Assembly: GCA_002269645.1 (NCBI GenBank)
Contig: NIVC01002241.1
Coordinates: forward strand, 124,001 to 188,000
DNA: 64,000 nucleotides
Direction of reading: 5' to 3'
DNA from: Macrostomum lignano
Lineage: Eukaryota
Under the pieces are notes generated by a model, which made no database searches, was not told where the DNA came from, and saw only the letters and a list, made by a program, of their open reading frames with translations. Positions 21,797 through 34,159 of the stretch are shown here, piece by piece (positions within the stretch are counted from its first letter, which is position 1; the number at the start of each line of letters is the position of its first letter). A program made the position numbers and the translations under genes.

Positions 21797-23398
21797 TGTG
21801 GTAGTTGTGGACTCCCACTAACAAATTTTTTAATATCATAGTAACATTTTTCAGACTCTCTCATTTGCCATTGCCCTGTTTCTGGCCCTATCTGTCTACT
21901 CCCTAGCAAAATCTATGATGTGTTTTGTCCCTCTTTCTGGAATAACTGCCCTTTTCTGGTTTTTTATGCCCTTCTCTAGTTTTTTATACCCTTTTTCTGT
22001 TCTGTTTGTTTTTCTTTGTGTATCTCTGTGGAACTTTTTGCTTGCCAAGTTCTGGGCCTTGATGTCCATGCCCTGTCCCCATTCTCTGGACCACTTTGCC
22101 TACCTTCTGCTCCTTTTTTGTTATTTAACTAGGCCTCTTTTTGCCCGTCTTTAAAAGCTCCCACCTCACTTGCTTGTCCCTTTTTTGTTTTTGTTCTTTT
22201 CCCTCTGTATTTTCTACAGAAACTTTTGCTTGCCAAGTTCTAGACCTCAGTGTCCATGTCTTGTCCCCATTCTCTGAGCCACTTTGCCCACCTTCTGCCC
22301 CCCTTTTTGTATTTATTTGGCCTCATTTGGCCTGATTCTGTAAAGCTCTTTTTTTTTCTTCTTGCTCTCCTCTACTATTAATTGCAGCTAGCTAATTTCT
22401 TTGCTTAGACTCATCTGATCTTTAATGTAAAGACTCATACCGCAGCTCCCCTGGCATCATTTATTGTCAAGTCAACCTAAACATTAATACTTTGCCAGCC
22501 TGCTAATAATAATAAAATGAACATCAACCTACTCAATATTTTTTGCTTAATACTTAATTGAGAGCACTAGCCTATCTTAAGTTATTTGCCTATGGAACGT
22601 AAAATAACCAAGTTCTTAACTCAAAGAGAGCCCTAAGAATTCAACGTTCCATAATATGTAAATTATGGTGGCAGCACTATTTTACTGATAGTAATAAGTC
22701 AAGCATATAAGGTCCATTAATTTCAGTGTCTAAGGACCCACTCTGAGCACTTGTGCCTATTGAAGACTGCTCATCTACAACTAAAACTACCCTCTCCCTA
22801 GAATTGAGAACCCCAGCAACCGGAGTATTCAAGACAAATTTTATTGATTTGTCTGGCATATTGCGAAGGTTTTCTGTGTACGCTGGACACATTTTTATTG
22901 AATTTTTAATTGTACGCCAATAGATTTTAAATGTAGGCCAACTTAAACAATGGTAAAAAAATCAACAAATATTTAAATTTAAATTTAAACTCCAAAAAAT
23001 TGATAACAACATGAGGATTATTGTGACAATTCCAATAATTAAAATGATTGGTAAATGAGAAAATAGTAGCAGAAAAAAATGGTTTTTGAAATAACTTGAC
23101 ACAGAAAAAGCACAAAAAAATCTTTATATTAACTTCTACGCCAGTTGCCATACACCAAACTGTATGCCACACTGTACACAGCCAAGAAATGTATGCTGGT
23201 ATACGCCACAGAAATCAAGTGTACGCTAGAATTTTCTGGCACACACTCCACCATCTGCAAAATGGTTTGTTTGTGCAATTTTCTAGATTTAATTTATGCA
23301 AACTCAATGCTGGCAATAATTCAAAAGTCAGAACCACCCCAATTTGGTGTCGAACCAAGCAACCTTAGACAAATTTTCATTTCTTCACCCCTACTTCA
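21797..23398 (+). repeat. Diverged 3' LTR-like copy carrying two extra segments (about 21950-22631 and 22856-23269)
   Basis: Starts TGTGGTAG, ends CCCCTACTTCA. Three blocks align in order to the 5' LTR, with many CG>TG/CA changes. Confidence 0.75.
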
Positions 23399-24075
23399 AT
23401 ATACTAGAAAAATAGACTTCAAAAAATTTGGTTATTTATAGAAAGGATATATCTTATCCCCCATGTCCCTAGCTTAGCTGGCTATAGTCTATTAAAGGCC
23501 TTTGCAATCTAGAAAAAATATAAGCTTTTTTTCATTGCAAAAAATAGAATTTTTTTACTTTTACATTTGTATATTAAAAAACCTAAATATAACCAATATC
23601 TAATAAAAAATAACTTGAAATATATGCTTTTTAGAGACCTTATTAGACCTAGTAAAAGAATGCATCAACTTATTATACATTAAAATATTATCAATTTTCC
23701 TATCAACTTAGCCTATAGCTTGCCTTAGCTTAGCCTTAGCTTAGGCCTATGATTAATTTTCAATCATGCCTTTCTCTTGCATAAATCTATGCTAGGCCTA
23801 GATAACTAGGAAAATCAAATGTCTTAGAGGGCCTATTTTAATTTTCAAAGTTAAATTTATACTAAATAAATAATAAATGGCTAAATGATTTTGTTTTAAT
23901 TATTCAATTTATGTAACTTCTATTCAAACAAGTAAACTATGACACTATGTATGTTTGCGTTTGGTTTAATTTACGCAAGCAAGTCCGCCTCGAGCCCAGC
24001 ACCACAGAACTGGACGAATGCCACCGAATTTGTCTATTCTTGCGTACAAGTGGATGCACGCAAATTCGTGACGAG

Positions 24076-24503
24076 ATTCACCATGGACAAATTCGCCATT
24101 CGGCGAAAGCAAATTCGGCGACAAGTCTTTGACTTTTTTATAGCTGTCTTTGAGTTAAAGAAAATTACATGTAATAAAGGCTTTCTTAAAATGCACGTGA
24201 AAGTTCTATTCACTCCGAAATTTCGATTTTACACTAAAGCCTATATGATTTTTGATAGAAGGAATGCTACCGACCGAAATAATTGAATAGAATGAAAAAC
24301 TTCTTGGAAAGCACATTTGAAAAGAAGAGGATAAAGATTGGATAAAACAAAGTCAATTTAAAAGGAGAAGTTAATGTGCATTAACGAATACTGTGCATTG
24401 ACGATTATTGAATAAGATTATACAGTTTTTTTCTTTATTGACGTCGAATGTTAGGCAGAGTTTGTCACCGAAAGTGCTTTCGCTGAATTTGTCTATGGTG
24501 AAT
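24076..24503. mobile_element. Degenerate inverted-repeat (MITE-like) element; outer limits uncertain
   Basis: ATTCACCATGGACAAATTC...CGGCGACAAGTCT (24076-24128) is inverted at 24457-24503. Related (T)CGGCGAA/CGGTGAA motifs flank it. Confidence 0.45.
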
Positions 24504-27500
24504 GGTGTCGGTGAATCGAATCCGGGCCAAGGGGCAAGGCCTCCTCACCTCAAGTAGTAAGACCTCAACTACTTGGGGAGTCCTTCGGTGAATCAATGTC
24601 GCTGATTTTGTTTGTCGCCGAAATGGTTAGGCCCTAGCTGAAATGACAGATATTCACCCAAGCCTTCCGGATAGGTCAAGGACTACTAAAATAAAAGGAG
24701 GAAACGAAAGGACAAAAAACTTATTTTTAACTTTTTTGCTAGTGGCTCATATTTCACATAAAGCTCTTTGTTTCTAAAATTAGGATTCCATGGTAATATA
24801 ATTTTATTTTATGAGTTATGACTATGTGTATTCCTGTACTTAAAATTCTGTTGTCATTGAATTTGCTTAGGCCTACACTATATTGTATTATTAATTTTTG
24901 TTATTAAGACTATTATTAATTTTTGTTATCAATAGTATCAAAACACATGCAAATATACAACTTTGGCCATAAACTTTACTATTTAATTTTCTATAAACTT
25001 TCCCATCAATTTTTCCATTTACTTTTCCTTTTGTAAGGAAATGCTTGGGTCGTTCTCAAAGCTAGGTCACAACTTTTTGTTATTGCAAAAAAAGTTTATA
25101 CATCGACCAATAATCGTACGTACAAAAAAAATTATTTCGACAATTTCTGTAAGAAGCTGCTACTAAAACCACAAGAAAACTTGAAATTGAGAAGAAATCA
25201 AGGCTATTTGTTATTCTTTGTTGCGGAAAATAAACGACAAAAATATTAAAGAGAAAATAAAATTTCTTCTATTTTTATTTTAAATATGCAGTTAAATTTC
25301 TTTTGCAAAAATAAAAGAACAAGAAATTGACAAAGGAAATGTTTTTGAGCACAGCATTTTGTTACTCTGCTCTAAATCCCAGACATTTAAAATTATCGTG
25401 TGCGAAAAAGTGCGAAATTATTATAAAAGCACATTGTGGATTTAATATCAACTGCATGTTCCTTAATAAAGGAATTCGGATTCTAGTATATATTTGATTA
25501 TTTGTAGCATAATTTCTGAAAACTATAACTTGCTTGATTTTACTTTAAGTACTTATTACATTAATACTTATACCAAAGCTGCATGTACTTAAAATAAAAA
25601 ATTATAGTTACTTATTAGACATTTTACTCCAATTAACTTAAAATAATTCAAATTTATTTTAATCAATTCATTTTTTGAAACTTTTTGGAAAATAGACAAA
25701 ATTGAATTATTTAATTACCAAAAACCTACTAGCTTAACTAAAATAGCAGTTAGTCTTTAAAAAAGATTTCACTTGTTAATTGAGAAAAATGAGGGTGTGC
25801 GAGGTGTAAAAATGCGAAAGAGCATGCAGGAAACAGAGACAAACAAAAATGTAGGTAAAAGACACTGCACATGCACATAATATGATAACCAGACATAATG
25901 CGCACACTGAAACACCAGTAGCAATGACGCCCAAGCTTTTGATGATCACAAGCGAAAAGGCAAAACCCAGCCATCAATCAAAGAAGTAGACTATAGCACG
26001 CATCTTGAGTGCATCACGCATTTTTTGCAGAGAAGCTCGAAAATTAACATTGTATTCTGTGCACAACCACCAACTGCGACAGGGTCTGCCGGGGGATTTG
26101 TGGGCACGCGGTCGCGGATACAAATCGGAGGAGTCGCTGACCATTCTGAAATTACTAGCTAGTACATGTAATTTTGTGTATTAATATATTTAGCCCGCTT
26201 TATTTCTATGCTCTCGTCCGCCTCTCGTTAATGCATCCCCAGACTCATGGAATAATCAAACTTATGATCGAACTATGCATGGCTTCCGTCCCTCGCTTTG
26301 AATCTCTCACCTCCCCATAGTTCCATCAACCTTACCGTAGTGGCTTCCTATGCAAAAATCATCCCTCCGCATCTTACACAGGCTACTTCAGGCTGTAGAC
26401 TGTACTACACTATTAATTAGTTGCGCTAAGGAATCTACATGTATTTTGCTCGCAGCGCAACGCGCTGCTCAAAGAAGTTTAGATCTATCTAGATATTCTA
26501 GTAATTTCAGGTTTGTCCATAGACTAGAGCTCATGAGATGAGAATTCCATTAACTAGTACATTTAATATGAATGAACTGCGTGTGTGTGTGCTGTGCATA
26601 CATATGTATAATATACGAGTAGTTTATGGGCCAAATTATTGTGTGGCACAATTCTTGGCATCACTCAGCAGGCACAAGATGCAGTTAAGCAGCGCACGAA
26701 AATTCTACAAAAGAAATTGAGCCTGGTTGAGGTGATGCGAGGAGGCAGATCCACACAATCTCAGTGAATACACCAGACTGCACCAGATACGAGTCCAGTC
26801 GAATGTGCGCACTGGTCTAAGCAGCACACGCATGTCCTTCTGACAATGACGGCACCTAGCTTCGTCCAAGCCTTTGCCAGCGTCACTGACAGCGTCAATA
26901 CTACCATGCAGTGCCACCTGCAGCACCGACAACGGCAATTCCTCCAGTTAGCCCACAACAGTGGCTAAACTGAGGGACATGGAACCTACCCGCAGAAGAC
27001 ACACACATACACACACAGCACCGGCAGCAGCACTCTGACAGCATAACCTAAAGCTCCATGAGCTCAGTTTTCAAGCATTGAAGAAGCAGAAGCAGTCATC
27101 TTGAATCCAGGGATCAGGAAGAGTGTTGCATGTCCGACATGTGCTGTTTCCGTGGCAAAAGGTGATGGAGCAAATTAATCAACACTTACTATCTAGCTCG
27201 TATTAAGACTAAAAAACTGAGGCAAGCTGGGATTAAACCAAAGAAAATTTTTTACTATACTTTTTTACCATGTACTTTTACTATACTTCTATAGTATAGT
27301 AGAGAGGTACTCTATTTAAATGCAGTAAGAAGTGAAACAAATTTATATATTTAATTATTAAAATTAAATTAATTCAAGGTAAATAACTAATTTAACCAAT
27401 TTATTAGAAGTATTTAATATTTTAATAAATTGATTTTTATACCTTACACGAAATAAGCTCTACATTCATTTCTTAGCTTGGGGCCCATCTGTATAAGGTC

Positions 27501-28613
27501 AGTTTCTTCAAAATGCTGATTAATTAATTAAGGCCTGTTGTCTTTACTTAAATTTATAAGGGCATCTTAGAAGTTAATATTACTATATAATACATGTATA
27601 ATATTATTACTATATTATAATAATATAGTTGCAATTTTAATGACTATTGAATAAGTCTAAATGCTTCCCCTATTGACTCTAAATATATGGTATCTTTACC
27701 TTCAGAAAAAATTAGCATAGAATGACTTGATGAAAACAAAAAAAATCATTTCGAGATACACATTTGCTGATCATTCAGGTCAAATTTCAAGGTCCAGTTT
27801 TGCACATGTTTCTCTGTAGCTTGGTTACAAGGATTTTAATAAAAATATAATAAATATGTCCAATGTACTAACTGATACATAGCCAAATTGAAGTATTTTC
27901 AAAAACAAAAAAAATCATTTGCTCAGTTTACTTTACTGGATATCTGTGTAAAATTTCAGCTCAAAAGGTGCTCCATGGAGAATGCTAGTGTGGTTACAGG
28001 ATATTTATTTTGTGCTTCAAAGTAGGAGTTTATTGCGATGCATGGTTGCTTTTAATTATTTTTATCAACAATAGTGCTCTATTTCATAACAATTTTTTAC
28101 AAAAAGATAAAAAGACATGTTTTTCTAATTATCTGCATCAAAATGTATCATTTTAAGCGCACATTCTAGACGTCAGCTGAAAAAATACATTTTGTGAGAC
28201 GCAAAGAGGCTATCCCACCGGAAATGCTAGGCGTACAGTTAAGCGTCTATAAAATCATTTATAGTGCAGTTTATTGAGCTTTAAAAAAATCTTAAATTAA
28301 ATTTATATAAGCTTTAATTTTAAATGTAATATAGCAAGGTTTCAACACAACAACAACTTTTTTTTAGCTACAGACATCTTGTAGTACCAAAAATTAACAT
28401 CGGTGAAATGATTGAATTTGAATTTTTTCATCGCTAATTATCGCTTAATACCGCCAGATGATTAAAAAACACTTTTGCATGATAAAGTTTAACCCAAAAA
28501 TTATCTTTATTCACAGATAAAAGTGTCCTATTATTTTCAATATGGCAGTAACAATAGTAAATGTTCGGAAAATTGTTAAAATTTTTGCTCCTCCTAGAAT
28601 TTGCGAACGACCC

Positions 28614-29175
28614 GCTTATCCCCACGGTCCCGTGCCGATAATTCCAATTTTATCCACACGGATCCGTATCGATAATTTCTAGCTTATCCTCGGCAGCTAA
28701 TTGAAATAAAGAATCTTAAATGAATCTGTTCAAACATTGTCTTTTTGTTTTCACTGTTTTTAAATCAGTGTCGAGTACTTTGTTAAAACTTTTCGTCATT
28801 AAAGGGTTTATTTTAAATATTTGCTTAGCTGCCGGCTTTACTTAGAACAACCAAAAACGACCCAAAGATCGAGGCGAATGAGACTTGCAAAATTCAACTT
28901 TCAATATATAATAATTATAATGACAATATCGATTTAACGTCAGTACACAAAACTAAACACAAACAACTGCATAATCTTAGCCGTGGGGATAAACTGAAAA
29001 TTATTGACACGGATCCGTGTGGATAAAATTGAAATTATTGACACGGCCTAAATAGACTTAAATGGTGGCAGCTATTTCAATAACTTGAATAAGCTGTTGT
29101 GAGGATAAGCTAGAAATTATTGACACGGATCCGTGTGGATAAAATTGGAATTGAAATTGGACCGTGGGGATAAGC
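28614..29175. mobile_element. MITE with about 90-bp imperfect TIRs and an internal extra TIR copy
   Basis: GCTTATCCCCACGGTCC...TTTTATCCACACGGATCCGT...CTAGCTTATCCTC inverted at 29100-29175; partial copy at 28980-29047. Confidence 0.7.
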
Positions 29176-29707
29176 ACTTCCTTTTTGTAAACTTTTTTGG
29201 TAAGTTGGATAGGCCTACAAAACTTTAGGCCTACCTATCAACTATTCTATCAATTATTTTATTAACTTTAAGTTTAGGGGGCCTATTATCAAATATTCTG
29301 TTTCTATAGACTATTTCTAGGATTCTGTGTATCCTAGAGGATAAACCCATGGGAGGAGGGTAGAAAGGATTGCTCTTGGCAAAATTGGCTTGGTCTTCAG
29401 CCTTTGATTTTTGAAATGGCATGTCTATAAAGTCTAACATAACATGATATGACATGTATACTAAATTAAAAAAATATATTTACAATTTTTTATGCCTTCT
29501 ATATATACATACTTACCATTTTAATCTTATTGCTATTAATTTTTTAGGTATATTGCATTTGTTTTTCTCTTACATTGAAATTGTTAAATGAAATAATTTT
29601 TGCACTTTGTATATTTGCAAAAATAAGCTAAGTATAGGCCCCTATATTTTTCTTATTTAACTGACCATGTGTTAATTTTTTCAGGTCACTATCTACTGCC
29701 TCTCGCG

Positions 29708-29759
29708 CATGCTTGGGTGCAACCTAGGGACTTACCTGGCCATTTCTATTGGCAACACA
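29708..29759 (-). mobile_element. Terminal fragment of the CATG-flanked palindromic MITE family
   Basis: CATGCTTGGGTGCAACCTAGGGA...GGCCATTTCTATTGGCAACACA is the reverse complement of the 3' end of the copies at 48174 and 61393. Confidence 0.7.
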
Positions 29760-29768
29760 ATATATGTA

Positions 29769-30458
29769 CCCTGTATAACTTTTGCCGACACATTTTCAGA
29801 CAGATCTTTAGACACTTTATGACACTTAAAATGTTGCAAAAAGTGTTGGAAAAAGTGTTGTAACAGTTAACTTTTGCCGACACATTTTCAGACAGATCTT
29901 CCGACACTTTTTACTGACACTTAAAATGTTGCAAAAAGTGTCAAAAAAATGTTCTAACAGCTAACATTTGCCGACACTTCAATTAATGCTGCAAAAAGTG
30001 TCTGAAAAGTGTTGTATGGTTAACTTCTGCCGACACATCTTTAGACACTTAAAATGTCGCTTCTTAGAGCTAGGTAATGTACATGTAGCTTATACTATTC
30101 ATGTAAGCTTACATGTATGTTTGTTAAGTATGCACTATGCAGCAGCCTGCAATGCACGTTTCAATTGTGTTGCGTGTCATTTAATTACATTAATTGATAT
30201 ACATATGTACATGTAAAAGTTGGCATTTTATTTTGACTATAAACAATATGTATTGTAAATGAAAGGCATATTTTCAGTGTTAAATTTATTTGCAGTCAAA
30301 TTAATACAAAATGCTATAAATTACTATGTACATGAAAGATTCATTCAAATAATCTTCTTCATAAGGACGCACTATTTTTGACACTTTTTGCAACATTTTA
30401 AGTGTCGGTTAAGTGTCGGAAGATCTGTCTGAAAATGTGTTGGCAAAAGTTATATAGG
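29769..30458. mobile_element. MITE with about 85-bp TIR, repeated internally in tandem
   Basis: CCTGTATAACTTTTGCCGACACATTTTCAGACAGATCT...TTAAAATGTTGCAAAAAGTG occurs 2-3 times directly (29769-30060) and inverted at 30375-30458. Confidence 0.7.
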
Positions 30459-30882
30459 TCATGATACTCTGTCAATTAGTCTACACTGACTCTTTAGGCT
30501 GGACTAATTTCTAAAATGTTATTTAGGTTCTAAGAAGGGTCATCTAAGAAATTTTTAATATAAAGCTTATAGGTAGAGTTGCCATATTGCAATTCCAAAA
30601 AGCTGCCACCAAGTTGTAATAAGGGTATAGGTTATAATTATAGACTGAACTTAGTTTTCTTAGATTATCTCCTAAGGATATAACCAGAATAGGGTCTGGT
30701 TATTAGGCCTAGTCTGAGACCCTGAGTATCAGTAAATCTAAAAATAAGTCTAAGTATATATCTGAGTATGTACAGAATAAGACTAATGATAGCAGTCTTA
30801 TTCTATACTAGTCATTAGAGGCCATTGAATCAAAGCTTCTAATGATATTTTAAGCCTTTCAATCTCAGTTATTAAGTGGCCA

Positions 30883-31662
30883 ATATGGCTCATTCCATAT
30901 AAGCATGGTCGTAACATGACAGGTTATTTTTACTTATAAAATGAAATCTAATAATAGAATATACTAAACCAATATTTTAAATGAAAGATTATTTTGTCTA
31001 GAATATATTTATAGAGTTTCATATAGATATCATCATTAGTATAGATGCTATTAAACCTTAAATGACACTTATGGTTGTAACGACAGGATTTTTGACATAT
31101 AGAAACTAAAAGGTAAAAGTCTTATTTGATATTTTGCAATACATTTTTAAAATTTGACTAAGAACATCTTTAGAAATCATACTCTTTTATTAGAATATAT
31201 AAACTCAAAAGGCAACAAAGATACAAAAGAAAAGGCAGCCTTATGGTCGTAACATTATGGTCGTAACATATTTTTTTCTGTCAATTCAGTAACTTTGAGG
31301 TACTAATACATTAAAAATATAATAGATTATTTGGTCACCAATGCTTTTATCTGATGATGCAAGTACTATACTTTTATCTATAGTTTGTTTCAACCTTCAA
31401 AAGCTTTCTATTTGTTTTTAAAAGGTACAAAATCTTAATGATGTCTTTTGCTTCGAAAAATGTCCAAATTTTTACAAAAATGACTTTTTGCCAATTGATA
31501 ACATACTAATCCAACATTTTACCATTCCTTTATTCTTAGATTGTATATATTGCACAATATAAACATTTGGTAAAAAAATAGGCTAATAAGGCAATGGCAA
31601 GCAAAAATATTGACTTTTTTCTATTTTCCAAATATGTCCATCTTATATGGAATGAGCCATAT
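30883..31662. mobile_element. MITE with perfect 21-bp terminal inverted repeat
   Basis: ATATGGCTCATTCCATATAAG at 30883-30903 and its reverse complement at 31642-31662. Internal repeated ATGGTCGTAAC motif. Confidence 0.7.
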
Positions 31663-32295
31663 GACATTGGAACTAGATATCTGAATAGGGAAATATGTAT
31701 TCCATAGCCATATGATCTATCTATGTGTTCTATCTAAAAACCTATTAAATCTTTAACTTCCTATACTCAAATCAATAGCTACAATGAAATCTAGCAAAAC
31801 CTATAAAGATTCCAAATCAAATCCAAATCCAAATCAAAAGTGCACTTTAAGAAGCAACTTGTAAAAATGTAGAAATATACAACCTATAGTTTTTATGTAG
31901 TATTTTAATAGGATCTGAAAGTTTTGTTTTGTTTTTATAGAATACTATTAATGTATATTGCAATGTTTTAATTGCATGCATTTTAAATTAAAGATCTGGC
32001 ATACCACCAATTTGGTGGCTGTTTCAATTTGCTACTTTGTCCTTGGCCAATCAGTGACTTCATTCAATCTAGATATCAAGTCACTTTATAATTACAGTAA
32101 GTATACTTTTATTTTTGCAGTACTTATTTTTTCTTCAAGAATAGTAGTTAAAATTTAAATTGTGGTATTGCTTTAAATGAGGATAGATTATGTCAGTAAT
32201 AAATTTATTAAGCATTAGAATTTTTATAATTTAATTCTGTAAATTAGTAGTAAGAATAACAATGTTATAATTATAGGCAATATCTTACAAGGGGG

Positions 32296-32418
32296 CATCA
32301 CAAACCCGGAAAATTACATTCTCAAAAACTCTGATAAGCCCCATCATAAACCGACTGAATCCAAAATGTAGGCCACATCAGAGTTTTCAAGAATGTGATG
32401 TTTCGAGTTTATGATGAT
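32296..32418. repeat. Short degenerate fold-back element
   Basis: CATCACAAACCCGGAAAATTACATTCTCAAAAACTCTGAT is imperfectly inverted about 45 nt later. Confidence 0.5.
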
Positions 32419-32581
32419 GGGAGGTTCATTTCAAGGTTGTGTTTTTAGGGCTAGTGGTGGTGGCACCTTGTGTTGATATGTTAAACAAAAACCTAGGGAA
32501 AAATATAAGTGGATAAAAGAGAAAGAGGGTGAAAGTCTAACAAAAGTTGGTGGGTGAACACACAAAATAAGAAAAGACAGG

Positions 32582-32900
32582 TCAGAAAATCTTAAAGTAC
32601 ACTAGTGCCTCTGTTATATAGTTGGCTGTTGAGGGTAGGTTTAAGCTCTTTATGTACAATGCTTCTAAAGTTAGTAGCTTTCCACTGTATTGACTGTTGT
32701 CAATAATACTAAATTGGTAAATGTGCTTGCATTGGGTACAGTGGTTGCACATAAGAAGATGATCCTGTACAGCCGACACTTTTTTGAAATGTTCCTTGGC
32801 TCTTGTGCGTAAGTGACTCAATTTTGCACCTTACCTTAAACCAAAGTAAGAATCTTCAAATTTTGTCAAAAGTTGTTAAAAAAGTAATCAATTTTGCTAC
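32582..32900 (-). pseudogene. Penelope-like retroelement 3' fragment (GIY-YIG endonuclease C-terminus)
   Basis: HLRTRAKEHFKKVSAVQDHLLMC...FSII...LLTLEALYIKS, then after a frameshift KPTLNSQLY...KIF*, the typical PLE ending. Confidence 0.75.
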
Positions 32901-33090
32901 CTACCCTTGGTCTGCAACAATCTATGCTAGCCAGATCAGCTTGGTTGGCCTGGCAGTTGCGCATGTATGCTCTGAACAAAGAGACAGTCAGACGACGTGG
33001 ACCACTGCTTTTTCTCTTTCACTGGGATTTAGATTTTCAGCAAATCATAACTAACTGCAAACTAACTTGAATCCCATTGCCGCATCCCAG

Positions 33091-33384
33091 CGGTGCACCT
33101 GCTCCCCGATCGCAACTTGATTGCCGGCAGTCGCCTTACAATCAGCTGTGCAGTGAATTCAGATGCCGGCCTGTCATGGCTGCCCCTAATCTACGTTAGG
33201 CGTCTCAATCCGGAGGCTCTGTTTAATGCAACAATTGCACTAGATGGTCGATCGGCATTTGTTGTTATTGACAATGTCTCAGTGGCCGAGCATAATGGCA
33301 GCAATTATGATTGCGTCGGACAGGTTAGGACGAATGCCAGTCTGTACAAGGAGCTCAGCCTGCACAAGGAGCTGCTTGTTGGGT
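33091..33384 (+). CDS. gp130/Domeless-like receptor, Ig-like domain exon (signal-peptide exon not located)
   Basis: Acceptor catccCAG at 33090, donor GTAAGT at 33385, phase 1-1. Encodes LTISC...NYDC (Ig cysteine pair) ending LLVG. Confidence 0.75.
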
Positions 33385-33419
33385 GTAAGTTTTCTAAGGT
33401 CTTCTGGATTCTAATAATA

Positions 33420-33700
33420 GATTCGCAGGTTGGCTGTGTGATACGCAATTCTGCCCCTCTCTCCTCTCCCCTCCTCTCCCGTATGGTCTCCTGCTCTCCC
33501 AGCTTCACTCTCCCGCTCTCCCCTCCTCTGACCTCTCCACTCATCTCTCCACTCTCATCTTTCACCTTATCTCCCCGACCCCCTCTCACCTCTCCTCTCT
33601 CCTCTCCTCTTCCCTCTCCACTCTTATCTCTCCACTATCATCTTTCACCTCCTCTCACCTCTCCTCTCACCTGTCTCTCTCCCCTCCTCTTCCCTCCAGA
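33420..33700. repeat. C/T-rich low-complexity tract in receptor intron
   Basis: Degenerate CTCTCCTCTC/CTCTCACCT repeats. Confidence 0.8.
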
Positions 33701-33855
33701 TATTTGGTCCGTGAGTTAAAATGGTTTGCTGACCCCAGGTTTAGAGTTTAGGTTAAAACCATTTCCGCTTAGGATTTCTAGATTAAAAAGCCTTTCAAAT
33801 CATCAATACTATGATATTTTCGCAAATTCCCAAATGTCAACAATGGCCCTTGCAG

Positions 33856-34006
33856 ACAAGCCCGCAATGCCCGACTTCAAATTCTACTGGCTGGACCGCA
33901 AAGCTTTCACATCGGTAGCGGAGCCGCCGCTAGCCGAGGTGCAGCGCCGGGCCGGCCTGCCGCCTCCAGACGGTCGGCTGACGCTGCGGGTCTGGTATCG
34001 CGACTT
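33856..34006 (+). CDS. Receptor exon (start of first FN3-like module)
   Basis: Acceptor ccttgCAG at 33855, donor GTGAGT at 34007, phase 1-2. Splice gives G-YKPAMPDFKFYW. Confidence 0.72.
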
Positions 34007-34159
34007 GTGAGTGCAGATTGCTAGTCAGCTGAGTCAGCTTTTTAATATAGTCAGTGTAATTACTCAGTGTGTACAGCTGTTGCATCATTCCTATCTTCTC
34101 CACTTCATATGGAGTCAATTGCTAAGCTTGTCGAAGACATGAATTATGAGATGTAAGTG

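Larger units (their letters stand above)
13385..23398 (+). mobile_element. Ty3/Gypsy LTR retrotransposon, defective and possibly chimeric
   Basis: LTR-PBS-gag-PR-RT-RNaseH-INT order, followed by a diverged second LTR copy. No TSD or polypurine tract found. Confidence 0.85.

Noticed and set aside
13191-23402. ATAC/ATAT as TSD of one large element from 13195 to 23398
   Set aside because: One mismatch in 4 bp within AT-rich DNA, and the 13195 fragment resembles the 3' LTR less than the 13385 LTR does.
23939-24286. 115-aa ORF with a hydrophobic N-terminus
   Set aside because: Overlaps the arm of an inverted-repeat element, with no domain similarity or splice context.
32920-33060. Signal-peptide exon for the receptor gene
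   Set aside because: The ATG at about 32923 gives no hydrophobic core and no phase-1 donor; the first exon remains unidentified.
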